This document shows, piece after piece, positions 48,462 through 57,904 of a DNA stretch of 64,000 nt. Each line of letters begins with the position of its first letter. Positions within the stretch are counted from its first letter, which is position 1. Position numbers and translations under genes: made by a program. Under the pieces are notes generated by a model, which was not told the DNA's origin, did not search any database, and worked only from the letters and a program-made list of their open reading frames with translations. The stretch comes from Daejeonella sp. (lineage in GTDB: Bacteria; Bacteroidota; Bacteroidia; Sphingobacteriales; Sphingobacteriaceae), in assembly GCA_037719315.1 (NCBI GenBank), contig JBBJNR010000004.1, forward strand, positions 11,737 to 75,736. The letters run 5' to 3'.

Positions 48462-50166
48462 TGATTTTTCTATCCAGTTTATCTGACCCTGGGCCAAGGG
48501 CTTTTGCCTTCTCCCATTGCTTTAGCGCCAGTTCCTTTTCATTTAATAAATATAAAATATCACCATAATGTTCCACCTGGGTAGAATTATTAGTGCTATC
48601 GTTTCTCAAGGCTTTTTCTATCCAGGTTCTGGCTTCCTGGTACTTCTTCTGCCGGAATAAGATCCATGCATACGTGTCTTCTGACGAAGCGTTGCCAGGG
48701 TTAAGCTGAACGGAGCGCTGGGACATTTTTTCGGCCTTGTCCAGGTTCTCACCCCTTAACGACAAATAGTATGCATAATTGTTCAGCACATAACTATTAT
48801 CGGGATTTATCCCGAGAGCTTTGTCATAGGCCTGATCTGATTCTTTATATTTTTTTAAGGCATTATAAGAGTCCCCGAGGGTAGAAAATATCCGTGATTG
48901 TATCTCCGCATCTTCTGTTTCAAGATCACCTGCATTTCTAAGATAAGATACCGCCTTCTCATGTCTGTTAGTCTGTCCGTAAGCAATCCCCGTATATAAA
49001 TACACCTCTGCCTGGTTTGGAAATATGGTTAGGGCTTCTTCCCCATCGGTTATCGCCAGCTGAAAATCCCCCTGCCCCACTTCAATGCGCAATAGCTGCT
49101 CCCAGATCTGGTATACCTGATCGTTAAGCTTCAGCGCTTTCTTATAAGAATCGCGGGCTTCCTTGTATTTTTTCTCCTGGAAAAGGACATCGCCGTACAC
49201 AGCAAAAGCCTTGGCCTCATCGGCGTGAGTTTTGGTCATGATGGACGCAAGCTCGTTTGCATAAGCCCTTGCTTTCATATCAGCAAACAAGGGGAAAAAA
49301 GAAAGCACGATGCGCACCTTTTCGTCAACACTGAGATTAGGATCTGCAAAAGCAACTTTCAGCTCAATAAATGCATTTTCAGACTGGTTTAGAGCTTTAT
49401 AATTATCTGCAAGGACAAGCCGGATAAGCGCATTTGCGGGCTCCAGCGCTTTTGCTTTGTTCAGGATTCCAATGGCTTTCGCACGGTCGCCGGATTTGGT
49501 GTATACCTCGCTGAGGTATAAATAATTGCGCACATCATCAGGCTTATCTTTTATTTGCTGTTCAAGCTCCTCTTCTACCTTTTCAGGTTTCCCCTGCTGC
49601 ATCAAGATACGCTGCCTAGCCGCAGAGAGATCCTCCGAAGATCCAAACTTCGATTCGATCTCTTCATACGCCGCTACAGCCTGATTTGATTTTTTGAGGA
49701 TCATCAGGGCGTTTGCACGGTCATAATAGTATGACTCATTCCCGGGGGCCAGCCGGATAAGCTCCTCAAGAACCAGTACGAGCTCTGAGACATTATTTGT
49801 CTTTTTATAGATATCCGCAAGAAAAGACCAGTACCACCTGTTATCCGGCTTCACGGTCACCGCATTTCTGATCAACCGTTCAGCCTCAGCTTGTTTACCC
49901 TGGGCGAAACTGAGGGATGAGAGCTCGAACATGGCGGCATCATTCTGGGGGTCTATCTCCATCACTTTATTGAAAAAAGTAGTCGCCTGGGGATAATTCT
50001 CCATTAATTTTTCATGCAGCCCGTCAAAATAGAGTTCGGTGACCTGCAGGCTATCCTTCTGATTTAAAACTTTACCTACGACGATCACTGGCCCCTGCCT
50101 GGTTTGCGCCTGCAGGCTGGTTATGAAAATCGAAAGGCTTAATGTTATGATCAGTTTCGCTTTCAT
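48439..50166 (-). CDS. Exported tetratricopeptide-repeat protein
   Basis: Signal peptide, many TPR helices, LNNYAYYL and DTYAWILF motifs; start moved to MKAKLI. Confidence 0.9.
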   Translation of the reverse strand: MKAKLIITLSLSIFITSLQAQTRQGPVIVVGKVLNQKDSLQVTELYFDGLHEKLMENYPQATTFFNKVMEIDPQNDAAMFELSSLSFAQGKQAEAERLIRNAVTVKPDNRWYWSFLADIYKKTNNVSELVLVLEELIRLAPGNESYYYDRANALMILKKSNQAVAAYEEIESKFGSSEDLSAARQRILMQQGKPEKVEEELEQQIKDKPDDVRNYLYLSEVYTKSGDRAKAIGILNKAKALEPANALIRLVLADNYKALNQSENAFIELKVAFADPNLSVDEKVRIVLSFFPLFADMKARAYANELASIMTKTHADEAKAFAVYGDVLFQEKKYKEARDSYKKALKLNDQVYQIWEQLLRIEVGQGDFQLAITDGEEALTIFPNQAEVYLYTGIAYGQTNRHEKAVSYLRNAGDLETEDAEIQSRIFSTLGDSYNALKKYKESDQAYDKALGINPDNSYVLNNYAYYLSLRGENLDKAEKMSQRSVQLNPGNASSEDTYAWILFRQKKYQEARTWIEKALRNDSTNNSTQVEHYGDILYLLNEKELALKQWEKAKALGPGSDKLDRKINEKKYIE

Positions 50167-50167
50167 A

Positions 50168-50599
50168 TTATAATCCGGTATGTCCGTAACCACCCGCACC
50201 ACGGACCGTTTCAGTCAGCAGCTCAACCTCTTCCCAATTGACTTGCTCATGGCGCGAAATGATCATTTGAGCGATACGATCGCCATTGCCCACTTCAAAG
50301 TCTGTATCCGAAAAATTGATCAGCAGGATCTTTAATTCTCCGCGGTAATCCGCATCAATAGTCCCCGGTGAATTTAGTATGCTGATCCCATGCTTTAATG
50401 CCAGTCCGCTCCGGGGCCTTATCTGAGCTTCAAAACCAACAGGCAGCTCCATATATAAGCCCGTTGGAATAAGTTTCCTTCCCATCGGGGCAATGATAAC
50501 AGTTTCCGTAAGATCAGCACGCAGATCCATTCCAGCCGAAGCCGAAGTTTCATAAGCCGGGAGTGCGTGAGCGGATCTGTTTATAATTTTAATGTTCAC
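50168..50599 (-). CDS. dut: dUTP diphosphatase
   Basis: [38 protein letters not shown] motifs. Confidence 0.97.
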   Translation of the reverse strand: MNIKIINRSAHALPAYETSASAGMDLRADLTETVIIAPMGRKLIPTGLYMELPVGFEAQIRPRSGLALKHGISILNSPGTIDADYRGELKILLINFSDTDFEVGNGDRIAQMIISRHEQVNWEEVELLTETVRGAGGYGHTGL

Positions 50600-50601
50600 T
50601 G

Positions 50602-50629
50602 TTTGAGGTGTGAGATATGAGATGTGAGG
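50602..50629. repeat. Heptanucleotide (TGTGAGA) array x4, single arm
   Basis: tttgagg tgtgaga tatgaga tgtgagg in the 35-nt gap immediately before the dut start. Confidence 0.7.
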
Positions 50630-50634
50630 TTGAT

Positions 50635-52143
50635 TTAAAGATTTTCTGATTTAAATATTGCCGTTAATTCCTTACGTTCTATATATAATGTTGTTACTGT
50701 AAATATAACAAACAGTGCATTTCCAATGATCAAATTACGATTAAATACCACAAATGATACAAATACTATACCTACAGATGCTAACAGATATCCTGCATTT
50801 TTTTTAATATTATATGGGATAGGGTAATTCTTTTGTCCCATCACATAGGATAATATCATCATCGTGGTATATGCAGTTAGGGAGATCCATGCAGATGCCA
50901 CATAGCTGTATTCAGGTATGAACATGATATTCAAAATAATCGTTAAAACCGCCCCAATACCAGAAATATATAATCCATAACGTGTCTGATCAGATAATTT
51001 GTACCAGATCGATAAATTAATATAAATCCCAAGGCTGACATACCCAAATAATAAAACCGGAACTATCTTTAAACCAGACCAGTACAGCGCCTTTTGTTTA
51101 GGATCATCCCCGTCTATAAAATACTTTAAGAGCTCGATATTCGCAACCAGCATAACAAAGATCAGGCAAACAGCTATTACGAAATAGTTCATGATCCGGG
51201 CATAGGTATCTCCTGAATTCTTATTTTTCGCATGGCTGAAAAAGAACGGTTCTGCTCCCAGGCGGAATGCCTGTATGAATATGCTTAGAAAGATCGCGAT
51301 TTTAGAACAAGCCCCATAAATACCTGCTTCCTGATCTGATATCCCTGAGGGAAGCAGGTATCCCAAAAATATTTTATCAACATTCTCATTTATGATGAAT
51401 GAAATATTGGCAATAAACACCGGAAAGCTATAGAACATCATATCTTTCAGGAGTTTTTTGTCGTACTTCAATTGAAGCTGCAGAATTTGCGGCAATAGAA
51501 ATACAAGCGTTAGCACACTTGCTATGAGATTAGAAAGGAACACATATCCAACCCATCCCGGCCGGTACCATCCCGTTATCAGGCTTTCACCTGGCAAGTG
51601 CTGTTTAATAATAAAGGGAACGACGTATATAAAGAAGAGATTAAGACCCACAAATATGAGGATATTGGCAAATTTAATGATGCTGTAACGGATGGGTTTG
51701 CCGTCAGCGCGGAGTTTTGCAAAAGGAATTACTGCCAGAGCATCAGCAAGCAGTATCCAGATAAAATATTTTACATAGGTAGCATAGTCCTGGTTATAAA
51801 CCTTTCCATCCTGCATCCAAACCGCAATGTCCTTAACAAAAAGAAGCGTAAATAATAAGAATACTGATGAAACAGCACATACAACAACAAAGGTGTTGTT
51901 ATATACTTTTTGCTTTTCATTCTCATACTTATTCAGGTACCGGAAGAAAGTGGTTTCCATACCAAATGCAAGAAATGCATTCAGCATAGAAGCCCAGGCG
52001 AACATAACCGTAAGAGTACCGTAAACTTTTACCGGATAGACCCTAACATAAATTGGAGTAAGAACAAAATTAAGAAGCCTGGAAATAACCGTGCTTAATC
52101 CGTAAATAGCAGTCTGACCGGCAAATTTTTTAATTGCTGACAA
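50635..52143 (-). CDS. Oligosaccharide flippase (Wzx/MATE-like polysaccharide biosynthesis protein)
   Basis: About 12-14 TM segments; [31 protein letters not shown] motifs. Confidence 0.88.
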   Translation of the reverse strand: MSAIKKFAGQTAIYGLSTVISRLLNFVLTPIYVRVYPVKVYGTLTVMFAWASMLNAFLAFGMETTFFRYLNKYENEKQKVYNNTFVVVCAVSSVFLLFTLLFVKDIAVWMQDGKVYNQDYATYVKYFIWILLADALAVIPFAKLRADGKPIRYSIIKFANILIFVGLNLFFIYVVPFIIKQHLPGESLITGWYRPGWVGYVFLSNLIASVLTLVFLLPQILQLQLKYDKKLLKDMMFYSFPVFIANISFIINENVDKIFLGYLLPSGISDQEAGIYGACSKIAIFLSIFIQAFRLGAEPFFFSHAKNKNSGDTYARIMNYFVIAVCLIFVMLVANIELLKYFIDGDDPKQKALYWSGLKIVPVLLFGYVSLGIYINLSIWYKLSDQTRYGLYISGIGAVLTIILNIMFIPEYSYVASAWISLTAYTTMMILSYVMGQKNYPIPYNIKKNAGYLLASVGIVFVSFVVFNRNLIIGNALFVIFTVTTLYIERKELTAIFKSENL

Positions 52144-52167
52144 TTAGAGAGATAATTAGCATTGTGA

Positions 52168-52440
52168 CTACCTTTTAACAAGCTCGAAATTACGATATTC
52201 TTTGAATTCCCCTTCCGAAACATCGACTTTTTCTACCAGGGAACGGTCTGACCCTTTGTGACAAAACTCCAGGAAAAGCTCCAGTGAAAAATCATCGCCT
52301 TCAGCTTCAATAAACACGGTTCCATCGGGGAGATTACGTACCGAACCTTTTATACCCAGCTGATCGGCAACAGCTTTACTTGTAGCCCTGAAAAAAACTC
52401 CCTGAACCTTGCCACTAATATTAATATCCAGATGCTTCAT
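52168..52440 (-). CDS. acyP: Acylphosphatase
   Basis: [11 protein letters not shown] and [11 protein letters not shown] motifs. Confidence 0.93.
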   Translation of the reverse strand: MKHLDINISGKVQGVFFRATSKAVADQLGIKGSVRNLPDGTVFIEAEGDDFSLELFLEFCHKGSDRSLVEKVDVSEGEFKEYRNFELVKR

Positions 52441-52446
52441 ATCAAA

Positions 52447-53389
52447 TTAAAAGGTCAATTTACTAATCCTGGCTTTCTCGGCAATAAATTCATCCCATAT
52501 CTCCTGCAAAATTTGCGCGGCAGGCTTTATTTCATGGATGGTTGATGCTATTTGCCCGATCTCCAGCTCGCCATCTTCCACATTGCCTTCAAACATGCCC
52601 AATTTGGCACGTCCGCGGCCTAGTAAGGCCATCAGATCGGAGCGGCTAGCTCCATCTGCTTCGGCTTTTTCCACCTGACGGAAGAATTCATTTTTCATCA
52701 ACCTTACTGGGATAAGCGACTTCATGCTTAGTTTGGTATCACCCTCCTTTGCATTCACCATGGCATTTTTAAAATTATTATGGGCAGATGATTCTAAAGA
52801 GGCAGCAAATAAGGAGCCCACCTGAACCGCTTCCGCACCAAGCGCTATGGCAGCAAGCATTGCCTTTCCGCTTCCAATCCCGCCAGCTGCAATTACCGGA
52901 ACCGATACTGCCTGGCAGATCTCCGGGACCAGGCACAATGTGGTGGTTTCTTCACGGCCGTTATGTCCGCCGGCTTCAAAGCCTTCGGCAACGACGGCGT
53001 CCACTCCGCTTTGTTCTGCCTTCTGTGCAAATTTTATATTGGCGATCACATGGACAACCTTCATATCATGTTCTTTCAGAAAAGCTGTCCATTTTGAAGG
53101 ATCTCCCGCAGAAGTGAAGACGGTCTTCACCTGTTCTTCTGCCAGAATATCCATTATTTCCCCAATATTTGGATAACAAGGGCACATTTACACCAAAAGG
53201 CTTCGAAGTAGCAGCTTTACATTTCCGGATATGGTCCCGCAAAATTTCCGGGTACATAGAACCGGCGCCGATCAGGCCCAGGCCACCGGCATTTGAGACG
53301 GCAGACGCCAGTCGCCAGCCGCTGCACCAGACCATACCTGCCTGAATGATTGGAAATTCTATATCAAAAAGCTTTTTAAGAGAGTTCAT
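52447..53389 (-). pseudogene. Nitronate monooxygenase / FabK-like flavin oxidoreductase split by a frameshift near 53174
   Basis: N-half (PIIQAGMVW...PFGVNVPLL) and C-half (YPNIG...AEGFEAGGH, IAAGGI) lie in different frames; adding 2 nt in CCCTTGTTATCCA restores VNVPLLYPN. Confidence 0.85.
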
Positions 53390-53603
53390 TGCTGTAAAGT
53401 TGAACTTTTATGGTCACAACAGCAAAATTAGGTGAAATGAGTGGGGATCATTCCGATCTACCATGGACGCAGCGTAGCTCGCCAGTTGTCAGAAATTTGA
53501 ATGAACCGCTAAGTGACAAAGATTGTGGTTAGGGGTATTGAGGTCCAGAGCCTTAATCGGGAGGTCCCTCGTCACCTGAAGGGGCGCCAGGGAGAAATTC
53601 ATT

Positions 53604-55532
53604 TCACGAAGCAATACTTCTGGTAGCCCTGCCTACCACCAAACTTTTAACCATTTTCACAATCCCCTGTGCATCAAATCCACATTCCGACCACAGCTCA
53701 GGTTGTTCGCCATGTTCAATAATCTTATCGGGGATCCCAAGACGGACAACCCGAGAGGAATAATTATGGTCTGCCATGAATTCGAGGATGGCACTACCCA
53801 TGCCGCCCTGGACACAGCCGTCCTCTATAGTTACTACGTGTTTAAACTTTTTGAATACCTGGTGCAGGAGCGTTTCATCAAGCGGCTTAGCAAAGCGCAT
53901 ATCGTAATGCGCCGGATGAATCCCTTCAGAATTCAATTCCAGGCAGGCTTTCACAGCTTCGTTGCCTATATGCCCGATACTGAGTATAGCGACATCTTCC
54001 CCTTCGCATATCGTTCTGGCTTTTCCTATCTCAATTTCTTTCATAGGCCTTCTCCAGTCGGTCATGACCCCGTTGCCGCGAGGGTACCTGATGCTGAAAG
54101 GCCCTTTATTTCCCTGCTGCGCGGTGAACATCAGATTTCTCAGCTCCTCCTCATTCATCGGGGCTGAAACTATCATGTTTGGGATACATCGCATGTAAGC
54201 CAGATCGTAGGCGCCGTGATGTGTGGGGCCGTCAGAACCCGCAAATCCGGCACGATCAAGGCAAAAAACGACATTTAATTTTTGTATGGCCACATCGTGT
54301 ATCACCTGGTCAAAGGCACGCTGCATAAAGGTTGAATAGATATTACAGAACGGGATCATACCTTGCGTAGCCAGTCCGGCCGAGAATGTTACCGCATGCT
54401 GCTCTGCTATCCCAACGTCAAATGCACGTTCGGGCATCGCCTTCATCATAATATTTAAGGACGACCCGGAAGGCATCGCAGGCGTAACACCCATGATCTT
54501 GCTGTTCTTTTCCGCAAGTTCCACCATGGTGTTGCCAAAGACATCCTGGTATTTCGGGGCCAGGGGCTTATCGGTAACTGTTTTTTGAATTTCACCGGTG
54601 ATCTTATCAAAAAGACCGGGGGAATGCCATTTGGTTTGGTCTCTTTCTGCCAGTGCGTACCCTTTGCCTTTGACCGTTACGCAATGCAGCAGTTTCGGTC
54701 CGGGAATATCTTTGAGGTCGCTAAGCACTTTGACCATATGTTTTACGTCATGACCGTCAATAGGCCCGAAATAGCGGAATTTAAGTGCCTCGAAGAAATT
54801 GCTTTTCTTAAGCAAGCCCCCTTTTATAGATTTTTCCACTTTCTTTACTATTTCATGGGCATTCGGGCCAAGTTCTGAGATCTTGGTAAGGACATAAGAA
54901 ATATCATCGCGAAAGCGGTTGTAGGATTTTGAAGTTGTAATATCAGTCAGATATTCTTTCAGCGCGCCCACATTCGGATCGATAGACATGCAGTTATCAT
55001 TCAGGATCACCAGGATATTCGATTTTTCAATACCCGCATGGTTCAGCGCTTCAAAAGCCATTCCGCCGGTCATCGCACCGTCTCCTATAACAGCCACATG
55101 CTGCCTGTTGGTTTCGCCCTTGTAGTTTGAAGCCACCGCCATGCCCAGTGCAGCAGATATTGACGTCGAAGAATGGCCTACTCCGAAGGTATCATACTCG
55201 CTTTCGGCGCGTTTGGGGAACCCACTTATGCCTTTATAAATGCGGTTTGTATGGAAGCTGTGACGCCTGCCGGTAAGGATCTTATGGCCGTATGCCTGAT
55301 GTCCTACATCCCAGACCAGCTGATCGTAGGGCGTGTTCAGCACGTAATGGAGCGCCACGGTCAGCTCAACAACCCCTAAGCTGGACCCAAAGTGCCCCCC
55401 GTTGACAGAAACTGTATCTACGATGAACTGCCTGAGTTCTGCGCAGATCCGGTCCAGATCTGCCTCCTGGAATTTTTTCAGATCAGAAGGGTAGTTTATC
55501 TGCTCGAGAAATTCGCCTGCCTTAACTTCCAT
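53604..55532 (-). CDS. dxs: 1-deoxy-D-xylulose-5-phosphate synthase
   Basis: GGHFGSSLGVVEL, WDVGHQAYGHK, GDGAMTGG, DVGIAEQHA, RYPRG motifs. Confidence 0.98.
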   Translation of the reverse strand: MEVKAGEFLEQINYPSDLKKFQEADLDRICAELRQFIVDTVSVNGGHFGSSLGVVELTVALHYVLNTPYDQLVWDVGHQAYGHKILTGRRHSFHTNRIYKGISGFPKRAESEYDTFGVGHSSTSISAALGMAVASNYKGETNRQHVAVIGDGAMTGGMAFEALNHAGIEKSNILVILNDNCMSIDPNVGALKEYLTDITTSKSYNRFRDDISYVLTKISELGPNAHEIVKKVEKSIKGGLLKKSNFFEALKFRYFGPIDGHDVKHMVKVLSDLKDIPGPKLLHCVTVKGKGYALAERDQTKWHSPGLFDKITGEIQKTVTDKPLAPKYQDVFGNTMVELAEKNSKIMGVTPAMPSGSSLNIMMKAMPERAFDVGIAEQHAVTFSAGLATQGMIPFCNIYSTFMQRAFDQVIHDVAIQKLNVVFCLDRAGFAGSDGPTHHGAYDLAYMRCIPNMIVSAPMNEEELRNLMFTAQQGNKGPFSIRYPRGNGVMTDWRRPMKEIEIGKARTICEGEDVAILSIGHIGNEAVKACLELNSEGIHPAHYDMRFAKPLDETLLHQVFKKFKHVVTIEDGCVQGGMGSAILEFMADHNYSSRVVRLGIPDKIIEHGEQPELWSECGFDAQGIVKMVKSLVVGRATRSIAS

Positions 55533-55557
55533 GTAGGTTTTGTAAAAAATTATCCAG

Positions 55558-55565
55558 CAAAAATA
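55558..55565 (-). promoter_or_regulatory. Bacteroidota -7 element for dxs
   Basis: TATTTTTG on the minus strand, 26 nt upstream of the ATG. Confidence 0.55.
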
Positions 55566-55623
55566 ACTTATTTATGAAACTTTTTTTAATAAAAGGTTGA
55601 TCCGGGAAAGGTTGTGGAATGAG

Positions 55624-55752
55624 ATCTGAATTCTGGGGTCTGATGTTTGAGGTCGGAGGCTGATGGATGAAAGCAGTAAGCTGAAGTCCGAGATGGTAGG
55701 CTTTTGCATGTCAGACTTCCGGCCTCAGACCTCCGACTTCCGTCCCCGACCT
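55624..55752. repeat. Degenerate heptanucleotide (GTCGGAG / CTCCGAC) arrays with inverted arms
   Basis: atctgaa ttctggg gtctgat gtttgag gtcggag (55624-58); tcagact tccggcc tcagacc tccgact tccgtcc ccgacct (55711-52). Confidence 0.7.
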
Positions 55753-55790
55753 TCATTTTCTCATTTCCCTTGCTTACTTTTGATCTGCAC

Positions 55791-56552
55791 ATGACAGCTC
55801 AGGAAAATTTCGAAATCAGGCTTCCCCAATTTGAAGGGCCCTTTGACCTGCTTTTATTTTTTATTGAACGGGATGAACTTAATATTCAGGATGTTCCTAT
55901 AGCTAAGATTACCGATGATTTCTTGAATTACCTGCACCATATGAGCGCGTTGAACATGGAGATTGCCAGCGAATTCATTTTTGTTGCAGCAACCCTGATG
56001 CGGATCAAGGCTAAGATGCTTTTACCGCGTCTGGACCTGGATGAACTGGGTAACGAGATCGACCTGAAGCAAGACCTGATCCGGAAACTGATTGAGTACA
56101 AGAAGATCAAGCTGGTTGCCGAAGAATTCCGGCTGCTGGAACACGAGCGCTTTCAGCAGGAAAAACGGGGAAATATTCCGTTTGATCTTCAGCGGATCGC
56201 CTTGACATCTGAACCCGGTGAAGAATTGGAATCCTTCGATCTTTATAAATTACTGATGGCCTACAGTAAGGTCATTAACCGTAACCTTCAGCGTGATAAT
56301 ACGGACGGGCATGTGGTTGAGCAATATCCGTATAACATTGAAGATCAAAAAACTGCGATTAGAAAGCTACTGGAAATAAATAAGAAGCTGGACTTTAAAG
56401 GTTTGTGGGCTAGCTCAGAAAACAAAGTTCATTTTGTATATAATTTTCTAGCCCTTTTGGAGATGCTGCAGCAGGACCTGATCTCCGTGCAAACGGGTCA
56501 TGGCTTTAATAATTTCCGGATCGAAGCGAAACTTAGCTCAACCGGATCTTAA
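55791..56552 (+). CDS. scpA: Segregation and condensation protein A
   Basis: FEGPFDLLLFFI, ASEFIFVAATLMRIKAKMLLP, FLALLEM motifs; start moved to MTAQEN. Confidence 0.92.
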   Translation: MTAQENFEIRLPQFEGPFDLLLFFIERDELNIQDVPIAKITDDFLNYLHHMSALNMEIASEFIFVAATLMRIKAKMLLPRLDLDELGNEIDLKQDLIRKLIEYKKIKLVAEEFRLLEHERFQQEKRGNIPFDLQRIALTSEPGEELESFDLYKLLMAYSKVINRNLQRDNTDGHVVEQYPYNIEDQKTAIRKLLEINKKLDFKGLWASSENKVHFVYNFLALLEMLQQDLISVQTGHGFNNFRIEAKLSSTGS

Positions 56553-56611
56553 TTTGTATTTTTACGCGCGACGCTTTATTTTAATTTATATTATAACACT
56601 TTAATACTTAC

Positions 56612-57886
56612 ATGAAGAGAGATAAACTTATATTCAGTTTAATTGATGAAGAACAGGAACGCCAGGAAACAGGGCTGGAATTAATCGCATCGGAAAATTT
56701 TGTAAGCAAGCAGGTTATGGAAGCTGCTGGCTCGGTGCTCACCAATAAATACGCAGAAGGCTTGCCGGGAAAGCGATATTATGGAGGTTGTGAAGTTGTT
56801 GACGAGGTAGAGAGCATTGCCATCGAGCGTGCTAAAGAACTATTTAACGCCAGCTGGGCAAATGTGCAGCCGCATTCTGGCGCGCAGGCCAATGCTGCCG
56901 TTCTGCTTGCTCTTTTAAATGCCGGGGACAAGATACTGGGATTTGATCTTTCCCACGGCGGACATCTTACTCATGGGTCCCCGGTAAATTTTTCAGGGAA
57001 ATTGTACAAGCCATTTTTCTATGGTGTAGATCGCGAAAGCGGCTTAATCGATTATAAGAAGCTCGAAGAAGTAGCTTTAAAAGAAAAACCCAAAGTGATC
57101 ATTTGCGGGGCATCAGCATATTCGAGGGACTGGGACTATAAATTTATCCGTGCAGTTGCAGATAAGATCGGAGCCCTGGTGATGGCGGATATTTCCCATC
57201 CTGCGGGGATGATCGCACGCGGTCTTTTGAACGATCCGCTTCCTCATTGCCATATAGTTACTACCACAACCCATAAAACATTGAGAGGCCCGCGGGGCGG
57301 GATGATCATGATCGGACAGGATTTCGAAAATCCAATGGGGCAGAAAACCCCCAAGGGAGAGCTAAGAATGATGTCCTCTGTACTCGATATGGCTGTTTTC
57401 CCGGGAACCCAGGGAGGGCCTCTGGAACACATCATCGCGGCAAAAGCCATCGCTTTTGGTGAGGCTTTGAGCGACGGCTACATGAAATATATTGTCCAGG
57501 TGAAGAAAAATGCAGAGGCTATGGCCGAAGCTTTTGTAGAGCGGGGCTACCAGCTTATATCGGGCGGAACAGATAATCACATGATGCTAATTGACCTGAG
57601 GAATAAAAACATTACCGGCAAGGATGCGGAAAACGCATTAGGAGAAGCAGCGATAACCATCAATAAGAATATGGTGCCTTTTGATGATAAATCGCCTTTT
57701 GTAACATCAGGCATCCGCGTGGGTACTGCAGCTGTCAGCACCCGGGGATTAAAAGAGAAGCAAATGGTCAGGATAGTGGAACTGATAGATGAGATAATAT
57801 CTCAGCCGGCGCACACATCTAATTTCAAAAAGGTCCGTAAAAAAGTCAACGAAATGATGGAAAAATTTCCCTTGTATTCTAAATAG
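56612..57886 (+). CDS. glyA: Serine hydroxymethyltransferase
   Basis: [42 protein letters not shown] motifs. Confidence 0.98.
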   Translation: MKRDKLIFSLIDEEQERQETGLELIASENFVSKQVMEAAGSVLTNKYAEGLPGKRYYGGCEVVDEVESIAIERAKELFNASWANVQPHSGAQANAAVLLALLNAGDKILGFDLSHGGHLTHGSPVNFSGKLYKPFFYGVDRESGLIDYKKLEEVALKEKPKVIICGASAYSRDWDYKFIRAVADKIGALVMADISHPAGMIARGLLNDPLPHCHIVTTTTHKTLRGPRGGMIMIGQDFENPMGQKTPKGELRMMSSVLDMAVFPGTQGGPLEHIIAAKAIAFGEALSDGYMKYIVQVKKNAEAMAEAFVERGYQLISGGTDNHMMLIDLRNKNITGKDAENALGEAAITINKNMVPFDDKSPFVTSGIRVGTAAVSTRGLKEKQMVRIVELIDEIISQPAHTSNFKKVRKKVNEMMEKFPLYSK

Positions 57887-57904
57887 AAGATTTCTATCGC
57901 ACCT

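Noticed and set aside
53400-53603. About 200-nt gap between dxs and the oxidoreductase gene, checked for tRNA, ncRNA or small ORF
   Set aside because: No cloverleaf, no convincing stem set, only short ORFs; just a -7 promoter-like TAATTTTG
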